From an uncultured Clostridia bacterium (lineage in GTDB: Bacteria > Bacillota > Clostridia > TANB77 > CAG-508), in contig CAKPJK010000002.1 in assembly GCA_934162615.1 (NCBI GenBank), forward strand, positions 705 through 64,704: DNA of 64,000 bases, written 5' to 3'. A program made the translations under genes and the position numbers. The notes under the pieces are model-generated. The model was not told the origin of the DNA. It saw only the letters and a program-made list of their open reading frames with translations, and ran no database searches. This document shows positions 9,982-21,132 of this stretch, in pieces. Numbering within the stretch: position 1 is the first letter of the stretch; every line of letters begins with the position of its first letter.

Positions 9982-10010
9982 AAAAGGAACATCAATTGGT
10001 GTTCCTTTTA
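9982..10010. terminator. hairpin terminator between convergent genes
   Basis: AAAGGAAC ATCAATTGGT GTTCCTTTT. Confidence 0.6.
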
Positions 10011-10093
10011 TATATATTGAATATGATAAAAAGTAGAGTTAAGACTGAAAATTGAAAATTTCCAGATTTATTCTTGACAAAACAATGTTAAAA

Positions 10094-12049
10094 TTATAAC
10101 AATTTTTCCAATTCTTTAATTTTATCTCTAATCTCAGCAGCCTTTTCAAATTCCATAGAAGCAGCATATTTAAGCATTTCATCAGTCAATTCAGCAATAG
10201 TATTCTTAATATCATCAGCATTTTCCATTTTAAATTCAACACCAATATCTTCTTGTTTAGTAATACTAATATTATCTCTAATAGATTTTTTAATTGTTTT
10301 TGGAGTAATGCCATGCTCAATATTATATTGTTCTTGAATATGACGTCTTCTGTTAGTTTCGGAAATTGCTTTTTCCATAGAATCAGTAAGTTCATCAGCA
10401 TACATAATAACAGTACCATCGGTGTTTCTAGCAGCACGTCCAATAGTTTGAATCAAAGAACGCTCTGAACGCAAGAAACCTTCTTTATCGGCATCTAAAA
10501 TAGCAACTAAAGAAACTTCTGGTATATCTAAACCTTCTCTTAAAAGATTTATACCAACTAAAACATCAAATTCACCTAAACGTAGATTTCTTATAATTTC
10601 CATTCTTTCAAGTGCTTTAATATCTGAATGCATATAATTAACTTTAATATCCAAACTTTGTAAATATGAAGTTAAATCTTCAGCCATTTTTTTAGTTAGG
10701 GTAGTAACCAAAACTCTTTCATGTTTTTCAACTCTAATACGAATTTGCTCAATTAAATCATCAATTTGATTTGTAACAGGTTTAACTTCAATTTTAGGGT
10801 CCAAAAGACCAGTAGGTCTAATAATCTGCTCAACAACATTATCTTTGCTATGTTCTTTTTCATAATCGGCAGGTGTAGCACTAACGAAAACGACTTGATT
10901 AATTCGTTCTTCAAACTCTTCAAATTTTAAAGGTCTGTTGTCATATGCAGATGGAAGTCTAAAACCATAATTAACCAAAGAATCTTTACGAGCATGGTCG
11001 CCATTGTACATTGCTCTAACTTGAGGTATTGTAGCATGTGATTCGTCAATAAGTAGTAAAAAATCTTTAGGAAAATAATCTAGTAATGTGTATGGTGGAC
11101 TGCCTGCAGGTCTACCACTTAAATGTCTTGAATAGTTTTCTATACCTTGACAAAAGCCAGTTTCTTTCATCATTTCTATATCAAAATTAGTACGTTCTTC
11201 AATTCTTTGTGCTTCAATTAATTTATTATTATCCTTAAAATATTTTATTCTTTCTTGAAGTTCTTTTTCAATGTTTTCAATTGCTCTGTCCAATTTATCT
11301 TTTTTTGTTACATATTGTGAGGCAGGAGGGATTAAGATATGTTTTCTTTCTCCAATTGCCTTTCCTGTAAGTGGATTGATTTCAGAGATTTTTTCAATTT
11401 CGTCACCCCAGAATTCGACTCTTACTGCACTTTCACTTTGAGAAGATGGATAAATTTCTACAATATCACCTTTTGCTCTAAAAGTACTTCTTTTAAACTC
11501 TAATTCATTTCTTGAATATTGCATTTCTACCAATTTTCTTAAAACATCATCTCTTGATTTGTTCATTCCTTCACGCAAAGAAAGCATCATTTCTTGGTAA
11601 TCTTCTGGGTCACCTAAACCATATATACATGACACTGATGCAACAATTATTACATCTTTTGTCTCAAATAAAGAAAGTGTAGCGGAATGCCTTAATTTGT
11701 CGATTTCATCATTTATAGATGCATCTTTTTCTATATATGTGTCAGATGATGGAATGTAACTTTCTGGCTGATAGTAATCATAATATGATACAAAGTATTC
11801 AACATTATTTTCTGGAAAAAATTCTTTAAATTCAGAATAAAGTTGACCTGCTAGAGTTTTGTTATGGGCTAAAACTAGAGTAGGTTTTTGTACTTTATTT
11901 ATTATATTTGCCATTGTAAAAGTTTTTCCAGAACCTGTTACACCAAGTAATGTTTGATATTTTTTTCCTTCTTTTATACCATTAGATAAATATTCTATTG
12001 CTTGCGGTTGGTCACCTGTTGGTTTGTAATCTGAGCGTAGATTAAACAT
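10094..12049 (-). CDS. uvrB: excinuclease ABC subunit B
   Basis: 651 aa. Walker [13 protein letters not shown] box and C-terminal UVR domain ([15 protein letters not shown]). Confidence 0.97.
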   Translation of the reverse strand: MFNLRSDYKPTGDQPQAIEYLSNGIKEGKKYQTLLGVTGSGKTFTMANIINKVQKPTLVLAHNKTLAGQLYSEFKEFFPENNVEYFVSYYDYYQPESYIPSSDTYIEKDASINDEIDKLRHSATLSLFETKDVIIVASVSCIYGLGDPEDYQEMMLSLREGMNKSRDDVLRKLVEMQYSRNELEFKRSTFRAKGDIVEIYPSSQSESAVRVEFWGDEIEKISEINPLTGKAIGERKHILIPPASQYVTKKDKLDRAIENIEKELQERIKYFKDNNKLIEAQRIEERTNFDIEMMKETGFCQGIENYSRHLSGRPAGSPPYTLLDYFPKDFLLLIDESHATIPQVRAMYNGDHARKDSLVNYGFRLPSAYDNRPLKFEEFEERINQVVFVSATPADYEKEHSKDNVVEQIIRPTGLLDPKIEVKPVTNQIDDLIEQIRIRVEKHERVLVTTLTKKMAEDLTSYLQSLDIKVNYMHSDIKALERMEIIRNLRLGEFDVLVGINLLREGLDIPEVSLVAILDADKEGFLRSERSLIQTIGRAARNTDGTVIMYADELTDSMEKAISETNRRRHIQEQYNIEHGITPKTIKKSIRDNISITKQEDIGVEFKMENADDIKNTIAELTDEMLKYAASMEFEKAAEIRDKIKELEKLL

Positions 12050-12247
12050 TTTAAAACCCCCAATTTAATAACTATTTTTCATACTTTAAAGTATATCATA
12101 TAAAATAAATGTTTGCAATAAAATTTTACATTTTAGTATTGCCAAAAATAAGAAATTATGATATAGTCAAAACATCAAAAGAGAAGGGGATAAAGTTGAA
12201 GAATTTTCAATTTAGTTTATGCCTTGGGAAAGGAATGAAGTAAAAGA

Positions 12248-13561
12248 ATGGAACAAGAACCAATTAAAACAGAAAAGAAAAAAGCAAAAGGCAGTTATAT
12301 AACTGGAATAATAGGTGCCGTAATTGGAGGTATTATCGCTACAATACCATGGATATTAGTATATGTATATGGCCAAATGATGTTTTCAATATTGGCTGCA
12401 CTAATAGCATTTGGTGAATATTATGGTTACAAAATAGCAAGAGGAAAAGTAAATAAAAAATTACCTGTAATATTAATGGTAATGGCATTGGTAATAGTAT
12501 CAATAACGACTTTAGTTGTAATACCAGGATTATTAATACACAATGAAGGAATTGCAGTAACAACAGAAAATATACAAAGATTATATCAAAATAGTGAATT
12601 TTCAACTGCAATAGTTAAAGACTTTGTAATATCATTTATATTTACAATTTTAGGTGCTAGTATTGTTACATCAAATGTAAAAAGGAAATTATCAAATAAT
12701 GAAGAAGATGGAAAAGATAGTTCAAAAAATACAACACAAATAAATGAAATTCAAAAAGCAACAATTGAATTGTTAAAACCTATATTTACAAAATATGAAG
12801 CAACAACACAAGAAAAAGCAATGTTAAAAGATGAAGTAATTGCAGAGATAGAAGATAAAAGAAAAGCAAAATATTCATTTAGTTACTTAAAACAATTAGG
12901 AATAATTAAAAAATATAAAGGAAAATTTTATTATGTAGAAGATGCAGAAAATAACACAATAGGTAGTACAAAAATATCAAAATGGCAAATTTTAAGTTTT
13001 ACAATTTTAGTTGCAATTTTTATGCTATTTTTTACATTATCAATAATTACAAATAAAAAAGCAGAAAATGCAGTATACCAAGATTCAAATGTACAATTTG
13101 AAATGCAAAAAGACTGGACAAAAGGTCAATCAGAATATACAACAGAATGGAATTTTTATAAATACATAAGTAATGTGCCTGTTTTAAATGAATCAAACGA
13201 AATTACTGAAGGAGATTACGCATCATATCCAGCAGGAATAAATGTTTATTATGATCCATCAGAACAAGAAACAATATCAAATATTGATGATGTAAAAACA
13301 AATTTGGAAGCAGGATTAGAAAACTCAACAGACAAACCTGAAACACAAGAAATGACGATAGAAAAAACAAAAAATAATTATGATGTATTAAAAGTTAAAA
13401 TGGTTTACAACACAGAACCAAAACAGGTAACATATTATTATTATATTTTAAATGGAAAAAAATTATCTTGTATAACAGCATATAGTTTTAATTTAGATGA
13501 AGCAGATGCACTAGAGGCAGAAGCAAGTAACGTAGCAAATTCATTTAAATGGTTACAATAA
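12248..13561 (+). CDS. polytopic membrane protein, unknown function
   Basis: 437 aa. Four N-terminal TM helices, a soluble linker, one more TM and an extracytoplasmic C-domain. No ATPase motifs, so it is not SpoIIIAA. Confidence 0.6.
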   Translation: MEQEPIKTEKKKAKGSYITGIIGAVIGGIIATIPWILVYVYGQMMFSILAALIAFGEYYGYKIARGKVNKKLPVILMVMALVIVSITTLVVIPGLLIHNEGIAVTTENIQRLYQNSEFSTAIVKDFVISFIFTILGASIVTSNVKRKLSNNEEDGKDSSKNTTQINEIQKATIELLKPIFTKYEATTQEKAMLKDEVIAEIEDKRKAKYSFSYLKQLGIIKKYKGKFYYVEDAENNTIGSTKISKWQILSFTILVAIFMLFFTLSIITNKKAENAVYQDSNVQFEMQKDWTKGQSEYTTEWNFYKYISNVPVLNESNEITEGDYASYPAGINVYYDPSEQETISNIDDVKTNLEAGLENSTDKPETQEMTIEKTKNNYDVLKVKMVYNTEPKQVTYYYYILNGKKLSCITAYSFNLDEADALEAEASNVANSFKWLQ

Positions 13562-13680
13562 TTTTTGTGTATATGGATTCCATATGGGATTGTTAATAAA
13601 TTTTTAAAGATATATAAATAGAGTTCTAAAATTAAATAAAGAGCATATAATATTAAAAAATAAATGCAAGGAGAATTAAA

Positions 13681-14191
13681 ATGCAGTTTATTAAATATTG
13701 TATGCTTTTTTTTGTGTTTTTAATTGCTACATTGATTGGTAAAAATATATCTCAAAAATATAAGTTTAGATTGGACGAGTTGGAAGAATTAAAAAATGCA
13801 TTAAACATATTCAAATCTAAAATAAAATTTACATATGAGCCAATTCCAGAAATATTTGTAGGAATTGCGAATAATTCAAATAAAAATATTTCTAATTTGT
13901 TTAATATGGCAGTTGATAAAATGAAAACTGAATCTGCCGGAGTAGCATGGGAAAGAGCAGTTGATGAGTTTCAAAGTAATTTAAATGAAGAAGACAGACA
14001 GGCTTTGAAAACGTTATCAAAACTACTCCGGAGCAACAGATATACAGGGACAAATTAGCCAGATTGAGGTCACAGAAACTTTTTTGGATGAGCAAATTAG
14101 ACAAGCACAAGAAGAAAAAAATAGAAATGAAAAATTGTATAAAAAACTTGGAATGAGTATAGGAATGGCTATTGTTATTATTTTAGCTTAG
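13681..14191 (+). pseudogene. spoIIIAB: stage III sporulation protein AB, reading frame broken (+1) at in-frame CGG 14029-14031
   Basis: The 0 frame gives 116 aa of SpoIIIAB and then stops at 14056. The +1 frame from GGA 14030 reads GATDIQGQISQIEV...KLYKKLGMSIGMAIVIILA, the SpoIIIAB C-terminus. Joined length is 169 aa. Confidence 0.85.
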
Positions 14192-14229
14192 ATTATAATT
14201 TTGATTTTATTTTAAGGGGGAAAATATTT

Positions 14230-14424
14230 ATGAGTATAGAATTATTGTTTAAAATAGCGGCAATTGGAATATTGGTTGCAGTTTTGTATCAAGTTTTAGT
14301 TCGTGCAGGTAGAGAGGACCAGGCAATGATGACTACACTTGCAGGTCTTGTCATTGTTCTTACAATGGTTATTAAAGAAATAAGTGGGTTATTTGATACA
14401 GTACGTACATTATTTAATTTATAA
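14230..14424 (+). CDS. spoIIIAC: stage III sporulation protein AC
   Basis: 64 aa with two TM helices. Typical SpoIIIAC sequence and operon position. Confidence 0.9.
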   Translation: MSIELLFKIAAIGILVAVLYQVLVRAGREDQAMMTTLAGLVIVLTMVIKEISGLFDTVRTLFNL

Positions 14425-14485
14425 AAATTTGTGATATAGAGTTAATCTTTAATCGTAAAAATTTATAAATAAGGACGGAAAAATA

Positions 14486-14872
14486 ATGGAAATAATTAAA
14501 ATAATTGGAATTGCTTTAATTGCACTGATAATTATAATAATGCTAAAACAGTACAGACCAGAATATGCAATATTTATAAGCATTTTAACAGGAATATTAA
14601 TTTTATTTCTTGTAATGGATAGACTAACAGGAATTATTAATTTAATTGAGACAATTGAAGATAAATTTTCTATAAATACGCAGTTTATAGCACTTTTAAT
14701 AAAAATAACAGGAATTGCTTTTTTATCTGAATTTGCTGTTAGTGTTTGTAAAGATTCAGGAGAAGCAGCAATTGCAAGCAAGATAGAAATAGGGAGTAAA
14801 ATAATTATTATTTCTATGTCTATTCCAATAATATCAAGTTTATTAGAAATAATATTAAAAATTTTACCATAA
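14486..14872 (+). CDS. spoIIIAD: stage III sporulation protein AD
   Basis: 128 aa with four TM helices, including the KDSGEAAIASKIE block. Operon position fits. Confidence 0.9.
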   Translation: MEIIKIIGIALIALIIIIMLKQYRPEYAIFISILTGILILFLVMDRLTGIINLIETIEDKFSINTQFIALLIKITGIAFLSEFAVSVCKDSGEAAIASKIEIGSKIIIISMSIPIISSLLEIILKILP

Positions 14873-14920
14873 AAGAGTGATGAACCATAAAAGTTACATT
14901 ATTGAGGAGGAATATTAAAT

Positions 14921-16132
14921 GTGAAAAAACAAAAGATAATAATTACATTCATAATATTAATATTTTTGTTGCCAATGCAATCAAAAGCATTAAATGATAC
15001 AAATACCTTAATAAATACAGAAAATGAAGAAAAAACAGAAAACACTACAAAAATAACGCAAGAAGATATAGAAAAGCAAGAAGAAACATTTGGAATAAAT
15101 TCTTTTATACAGAATTCAAAACAATATACAGGTGATTTTTTTGAAAATATAGACATTAATGAAATTTTAAATTCTGCCATAAAAGGTGAGATAGATAATA
15201 CTACAATATACAAAAAAATACTGAATTTGCTTGGAACAGAAGTACAAACAGGATTAAAAAGTCTAGCATGTATATTAGCAATAATAATAATACATAGTAT
15301 TTTAAAATCAATAAGCGAAAGCTTAGAAAATGATAATATATCAAAATTAATATATTATGTTCAATACATAGCAATAATAACAGTAATTATGACAAACTTT
15401 TCTGACATAATTAACTTAGTAAAAACAACATCAACAAACTTAGTTGGCTTTATGAATACATTAATTCCAGTATTAATATCTCTAATGCTTTATACAGGAA
15501 GTATTAGCACAACGAGTATATTAGAACCAATAATATTATTTATGATTAATTTCATAGGAAATTTAATTGAAAATGTTTTAATACCAGTAATATTAATCAT
15601 AACATCAATGAGCATAATTTCCAAAATTTCTGATAGAGTTCAGATTGATAAGATATCAAAATTTTTAAAATCGACAACCATTTGGTTTTTGGGAATTGTA
15701 CTGACGATATTTGTAGGAGTTGTTTCTTTAGAGGGAACAATGGCTAGTTCTGTTGATGGAATTACTGCAAAAACCGCAAAGGCACTTGTAAGTTCAGCAG
15801 TTCCAGTTGTTGGTAAAATTTTAGGTGATGTTGTAGATAGTGTATTAGGATGTGGCTTAATTTTAAAAAACGCAGTTGGTTTTGTTGGTGTTATAGTCAT
15901 TATAGGAATATGCATTTTACCAATTTTAAAACTTACAGTATTAACGTTTTCATATAAATTAATTGCAAGTGTAAGTGAAGTTATAGCAGATGGTAAAATT
16001 GTGAAATTATTAGATGAAGTTGCAGATATTTTTAAAATTTTGTTAGCAATTTTAGTTACAATTTCATTTATGGTAATAATTGGGACAACACTATTGGTAA
16101 GAATGTCAAATGCAGGAATGATGTTTAGATAG
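14921..16132 (+). CDS. spoIIIAE: stage III sporulation protein AE
   Basis: GTG start behind GGAGG. 403 aa: signal peptide, soluble domain, then a polytopic C-half. Operon position fits. Confidence 0.88.
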   Translation: MKKQKIIITFIILIFLLPMQSKALNDTNTLINTENEEKTENTTKITQEDIEKQEETFGINSFIQNSKQYTGDFFENIDINEILNSAIKGEIDNTTIYKKILNLLGTEVQTGLKSLACILAIIIIHSILKSISESLENDNISKLIYYVQYIAIITVIMTNFSDIINLVKTTSTNLVGFMNTLIPVLISLMLYTGSISTTSILEPIILFMINFIGNLIENVLIPVILIITSMSIISKISDRVQIDKISKFLKSTTIWFLGIVLTIFVGVVSLEGTMASSVDGITAKTAKALVSSAVPVVGKILGDVVDSVLGCGLILKNAVGFVGVIVIIGICILPILKLTVLTFSYKLIASVSEVIADGKIVKLLDEVADIFKILLAILVTISFMVIIGTTLLVRMSNAGMMFR

Positions 16133-16143
16133 AGGTGATATAG

Positions 16144-16635
16144 ATGGTTAGTTTTTTAAGTTCATGGGTAAAAAATTTGTGTTTGGCATTAATTGTTGTA
16201 TCAATACTTGAAATGATACTTCCTAATAATAAGACAAAAAAATATGTCAAAATGGTTATGGGGATGTATATTTTATTTAGTATAATAGCGCCATTTGTAG
16301 AAAATAAAAACGAATTGAAATTTGATGTGGAAAATTTATATAGGCAATATAGTACAGAAACATCAGCAACAACTGAGGTAGTTGACCAGACTACAATGGA
16401 TAGTAAATTAAATGAATTATATGAAGAAAAGATTGAAAAAGATATTATGCAAAAAACTGAGGAATTAGGATATGAAATAGACAGTTGCAATGTAAAAGCA
16501 CATATATCAGACCAAGATACTGGAATAGAACAAATATTTATCAGGTGCAACTTGGATGAGAACGGAATTGAAACTGTTAAAAAATTTATAATACAAGAAT
16601 ATGGGGTGAGTGAAAAATGTTTAAGGATAAGTTAA
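16144..16635 (+). CDS. spoIIIAF: stage III sporulation protein AF
   Basis: 163 aa. N-terminal SWVKNLCLALIVVSILEMILPN block. Operon position fits. Confidence 0.85.
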   Translation: MVSFLSSWVKNLCLALIVVSILEMILPNNKTKKYVKMVMGMYILFSIIAPFVENKNELKFDVENLYRQYSTETSATTEVVDQTTMDSKLNELYEEKIEKDIMQKTEELGYEIDSCNVKAHISDQDTGIEQIFIRCNLDENGIETVKKFIIQEYGVSEKCLRIS

Positions 16636-17253
16636 AAAAAATGATAGGTAATGATGAAACTCAAGGAAATAACAAAAGAAAAATAGAAAATTTAGTCTTT
16701 CTAATAGTTGTTTTAATAATAACAGTTGTTATAATAAATTATGTTTGGAGTGGAGATAAGAGTTCAAGTAAAAATATGACTAATTCTGCCGGAAAACAAC
16801 TGGCAGAGGCAAAAACAACACAGATTACAACCAATTCTACCACACAAAGTTCAAATCGGTACAACTAATGAAAATTTAGAACAAAGACTTGAAAATATTT
16901 TGACTAATATCGAAGGTGTTGGAGATGTAAAAGTATTTGTAAATTATTCAGAATCTGCTGAAACTGTTGCAATGTACAATGAAAATTCCAAAACGAGCAC
17001 AACTGAGGAAACAGACAAAAGTGGTGGAGTTAAAAAGGTTGAACAGAAAGATTCTCAAAAAGAAGTAATTTACCAAGAACAGAATGGAACCAAAACACCC
17101 ATAGTTCAAAAAACGGTTGAACCTAAAATTGAAGGTGCAATTATTACTGCTAAAGGGGCTTCTGATATAAATGTAAAAACTGCAATAATTCAAGCAGTAG
17201 AGGCAGCAACAGGACTTGCTACACACAAAATTCAGGTGTTTCAAGGAAACTAA
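16617..17253 (+). pseudogene. spoIIIAG: stage III sporulation protein AG, reading frame broken (+1) at in-frame CGG 16857-16859
   Basis: The N-terminal TM part (16617-16856) stops at 16866. The +1 frame from GGT 16858 reads GTTNENLEQRLENILTNIEGVGDVKV... through the listed 16900..17253 ORF. Joined length is 211 aa. Confidence 0.85.
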
Positions 17254-17300
17254 TATTTCGTTGAAGCCTATAAAAGAATTTTAATAGGAGGAATATAAAA

Positions 17301-17993
17301 ATGAAATTTTTAAAGAAAAATCAGGTTGTTATATATGTAATTGCTTTGATGTTAGTTGTAGCGGGATATTTGAATTTTTCAACAAATGGAGATTTTAAGA
17401 CTGCGGTTCAAACTGCTAGTTCGGAAGAAGAATTGGAAAAAATGGCGAATATTGGTGATGCACAATTAGTTAGTAGTAATGTAGTAAGTGAAGAAAATAG
17501 TACGGAAAATGTTATAAATAATAAAGTGTCAACAAATACAGAAAATACTGTAGTACAGGAAACAGACAACAAAGTGGAGAATAATACTAAAGAGGATAAT
17601 AAAACTGTAGAAACAAGTAATAATACTCAACAAAAAAGTAATGATAAAAATGATTATTTTAAAACATCAAAATTAGAACGAGATACCATGTACTCACAAA
17701 TGCTTGAAACATACGGTAATATTTTAAATAGCAATAATTCTTTGGAAACACAAAAACAATCTGCAACAGAAGAAATAAAAAAAATAAATGATACTAAAAA
17801 TAGTATTATGATTTGTGAAAATTTAATTATGACCAAGGGATTTGAAAATGTTGTTATTTTTGTAAATGGTGATAGTATTAGTGTTGTTGTAAAGGATGAT
17901 AATTTGAATACCGAAAAAGTTGCACAAATTCAAAATATTATTTCTAGAGAATTAAAATCTAAAGTTGAAAATATACATATTTCGAATAAATAA
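17301..17993 (+). CDS. spoIIIAH: stage III sporulation protein AH
   Basis: 230 aa. N-terminal TM helix, a low-complexity linker and a C-terminal KGFENVVIFVNGDSISVVV YscJ/FliF-like block. Last gene of the operon. Confidence 0.8.
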   Translation: MKFLKKNQVVIYVIALMLVVAGYLNFSTNGDFKTAVQTASSEEELEKMANIGDAQLVSSNVVSEENSTENVINNKVSTNTENTVVQETDNKVENNTKEDNKTVETSNNTQQKSNDKNDYFKTSKLERDTMYSQMLETYGNILNSNNSLETQKQSATEEIKKINDTKNSIMICENLIMTKGFENVVIFVNGDSISVVVKDDNLNTEKVAQIQNIISRELKSKVENIHISNK

Positions 17994-18003
17994 AAAATAT
18001 AAT

Positions 18004-18045
18004 AGCTAATAAAAATTTAAAAGAAAAAATAAATTTTTATTAGCT
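18004..18045. terminator. bidirectional hairpin after spoIIIAH and the XRE gene
   Basis: AGCTAATAAAAATTT ... AAATTTTTATTAGCT perfect inverted repeat. Confidence 0.6.
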
Positions 18046-18083
18046 TAAATTTACCTATAATTTAAATGAATTATAATAATGAT

Positions 18084-18290
18084 TTATGCATAATCTTCTG
18101 TTATTTTTTTTATATATTCTCCAATTTCTTCATTAGATAAATCTAATTCTAAAATTAATTTCCTTAAGATATCTCTTCGTGGAAAAGCTCTTTCATTATC
18201 TATTCTAACATACTGTCTTAGAGAGATTCCTAGTTTTTCTGACATTTGTTCTTGAGTTAGTTTTTTTAATTTCCTTTTTTCTTTTATCAT
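18084..18290 (-). CDS. XRE-family helix-turn-helix transcriptional regulator
   Basis: 68 aa. LTQEQMSEKLGISLRQYVRIDN HTH_3 pattern. Confidence 0.85.
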   Translation of the reverse strand: MIKEKRKLKKLTQEQMSEKLGISLRQYVRIDNERAFPRRDILRKLILELDLSNEEIGEYIKKITEDYA

Positions 18291-18453
18291 ATAAACTCAC
18301 CTTAAATATTATTTTAAAATTTTTATAAATTATTTCACAAAATTGGGTAAAAATATATTGACATTTTATGACACTATAACTTATCATTTTATATGACAGA
18401 TAGCTTCGTGTTTTCTAAAGAATAATTAATATAAAAACAAAGGAGAAATTTTT

Positions 18454-18561
18454 ATGAAAAAATATTTAAAGAATAATGCTGAAATAACTTTAATTTCATT
18501 AGTGATGTCAATAATTATAATTTTAATATTATCATCAGTGATAATTGGAACAATTATTTGA
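18454..18561 (+). CDS. 35-aa hydrophobic peptide (not in ORF track)
   Basis: AAAGGAG RBS 7 nt before the ATG. Sequence MKKYLKNNAEITLISLVMSIIIILILSSVIIGTII. Divergent from the XRE gene. Confidence 0.4.
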   Translation: MKKYLKNNAEITLISLVMSIIIILILSSVIIGTII

Positions 18562-18682
18562 CCAGTGCAAGAATAAAAAAATATTTTTTAGATTTATAAA
18601 AAGGCTTGTACTTTTTACAATTTATATATATAATAAAAGTATCAAGATTTAACAGACAAAATTTTAAAAAATTTTGGATGAC

Positions 18683-19775
<1,093 letters not shown>

Positions 19776-19836
19776 AAAGAAGCCAATGGAATATTTTTAA
19801 ATTGGTTCATAAGATAATATTAAAAGGAGGTCTTCT

Positions 19837-21036
19837 ATGAAAATACTAGTTTTGAATTCAGGAAGTTCATCATTAAAATATCAAGTAATTGATATGGATA
19901 CAGAAGAAATGTTGGTAAAAGGATATTTTGAAAGAATAGGACAACAAAATTCATTTCTAACACATAAAGTAAATGGAATAAAACACAAATTTGAAAAAAG
20001 TGTGGCAAATCATGAACAAGCATTGAAGTTTGTATTTACAAGATTAACAAATGACCATTATGGAGTTATAAAAGATTTAAATGAATTAGGTGGAATTGGA
20101 CACAGAGTTGTTCAAGGAGGAGAAAAATATTCTCAACCAGTTCTTATTACAGATGATGTTATAGCAGAGATTGAAAAATGCAGTGATTTAGCACCATTGC
20201 ACAATCCTGCAGCAATTTTAGGAATAAATGCTTGTAAAAAAATAGCTCCAAATATTCCAATGGTAGCAGTATTTGATACGGCTTTCCATCAATCAATACC
20301 AAAAGAGAGATATATTTATCCAATACCATATGAATACTACAAAAAATATGGAATTAGAAAATATGGGGCACATGGTACATCACATGAATATGTTGCATAT
20401 AGAGTTGCAGAAATTATGGGAAAAGACATTAAAGACTTGAAAATAGTTAATTGTCATTTAGGACAAGGTGCAAGTGTATGTGCAATTCAAAATGGTAAAT
20501 CAGTAGAAACAAGTATGGGACTTACACCACTTGGAGGAATACCAATGGGAACTCGCTCTGGTGACCTTGACCCATCAGTTGTAACGTATTTAATGAAAAA
20601 AGAAAACCTAACACCACAAGAAATGGAAGATATATTAAATAAAAAATCCGGAGTTTATGGCATGTCAAGAGGAATATCTGTGGACTTTAGGGACATTGAA
20701 AATGAAGCACTAGCAGGCGGAGCACATGCTCAAATGGCTTTAGATATATATCATTATCTAACTGCATCATATGTTGCAAAATGTGCAGTTGCTATGGGTG
20801 GAATAGATGTACTAACATTTACTGCAGGTGTTGGAGAAAAAGGACCAATATCTAGAAAGGCAATTTGTGAGCAATTAGAATTCTTTGGAGTAAAAATAGA
20901 TGATGAAAAAAATAAAATAAGAGGCGAAGAAGTTGAAATATCCGCAGAAGACTCAAAAGTAAAAGTCTATGTTGTTCCAACAAACGAGGAATTAATGATA
21001 GCAAGAGAAACAAAAAACATAGTAAATAAAAATTAG
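19837..21036 (+). CDS. ackA: acetate kinase (paralogue 1)
   Basis: 399 aa. MKILVLNSGSSSLKYQ, GHRVVQGG, FDTAFHQ and HLGQGASVCA blocks. Confidence 0.95.
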   Translation: MKILVLNSGSSSLKYQVIDMDTEEMLVKGYFERIGQQNSFLTHKVNGIKHKFEKSVANHEQALKFVFTRLTNDHYGVIKDLNELGGIGHRVVQGGEKYSQPVLITDDVIAEIEKCSDLAPLHNPAAILGINACKKIAPNIPMVAVFDTAFHQSIPKERYIYPIPYEYYKKYGIRKYGAHGTSHEYVAYRVAEIMGKDIKDLKIVNCHLGQGASVCAIQNGKSVETSMGLTPLGGIPMGTRSGDLDPSVVTYLMKKENLTPQEMEDILNKKSGVYGMSRGISVDFRDIENEALAGGAHAQMALDIYHYLTASYVAKCAVAMGGIDVLTFTAGVGEKGPISRKAICEQLEFFGVKIDDEKNKIRGEEVEISAEDSKVKVYVVPTNEELMIARETKNIVNKN

Positions 21037-21109
21037 GGATTGGGGGGACGGGTCTCCGATCCCGAAAAAAAGTAAAAAAATCGGGATTGGAGACCCGTCC
21101 CCCAATCCC
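21036..21109. repeat. GC-rich palindromic repeat pair (REP-like) between the two ackA genes
   Basis: GGGATTGGGGGGACGGGTCTCCGATCCC (21036-21063) and its near reverse complement GGGATTGGAGACCCGTCCCCCAATCCC (21083-21109). Same family as 6133-6263. Starts on the last base of the ackA stop codon. Confidence 0.85.
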
Positions 21110-21132
21110 TAAAAAGAAAGTGAGAGGAAAAA

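Noticed and set aside
12050-12247. LexA box upstream of uvrB
   Set aside because: I looked for GAAC-N4-GTTC and found only a weak GCAAACATTTATTT-like stretch. That is not convincing without the genome-specific motif.
13562-13680. Sigma-E/G type sporulation promoter upstream of spoIIIAB (CATATAAT near 13643)
   Set aside because: A -10-like CATATAAT is present, but I could not identify a matching -35 element with confidence, so it is not reported as a feature.
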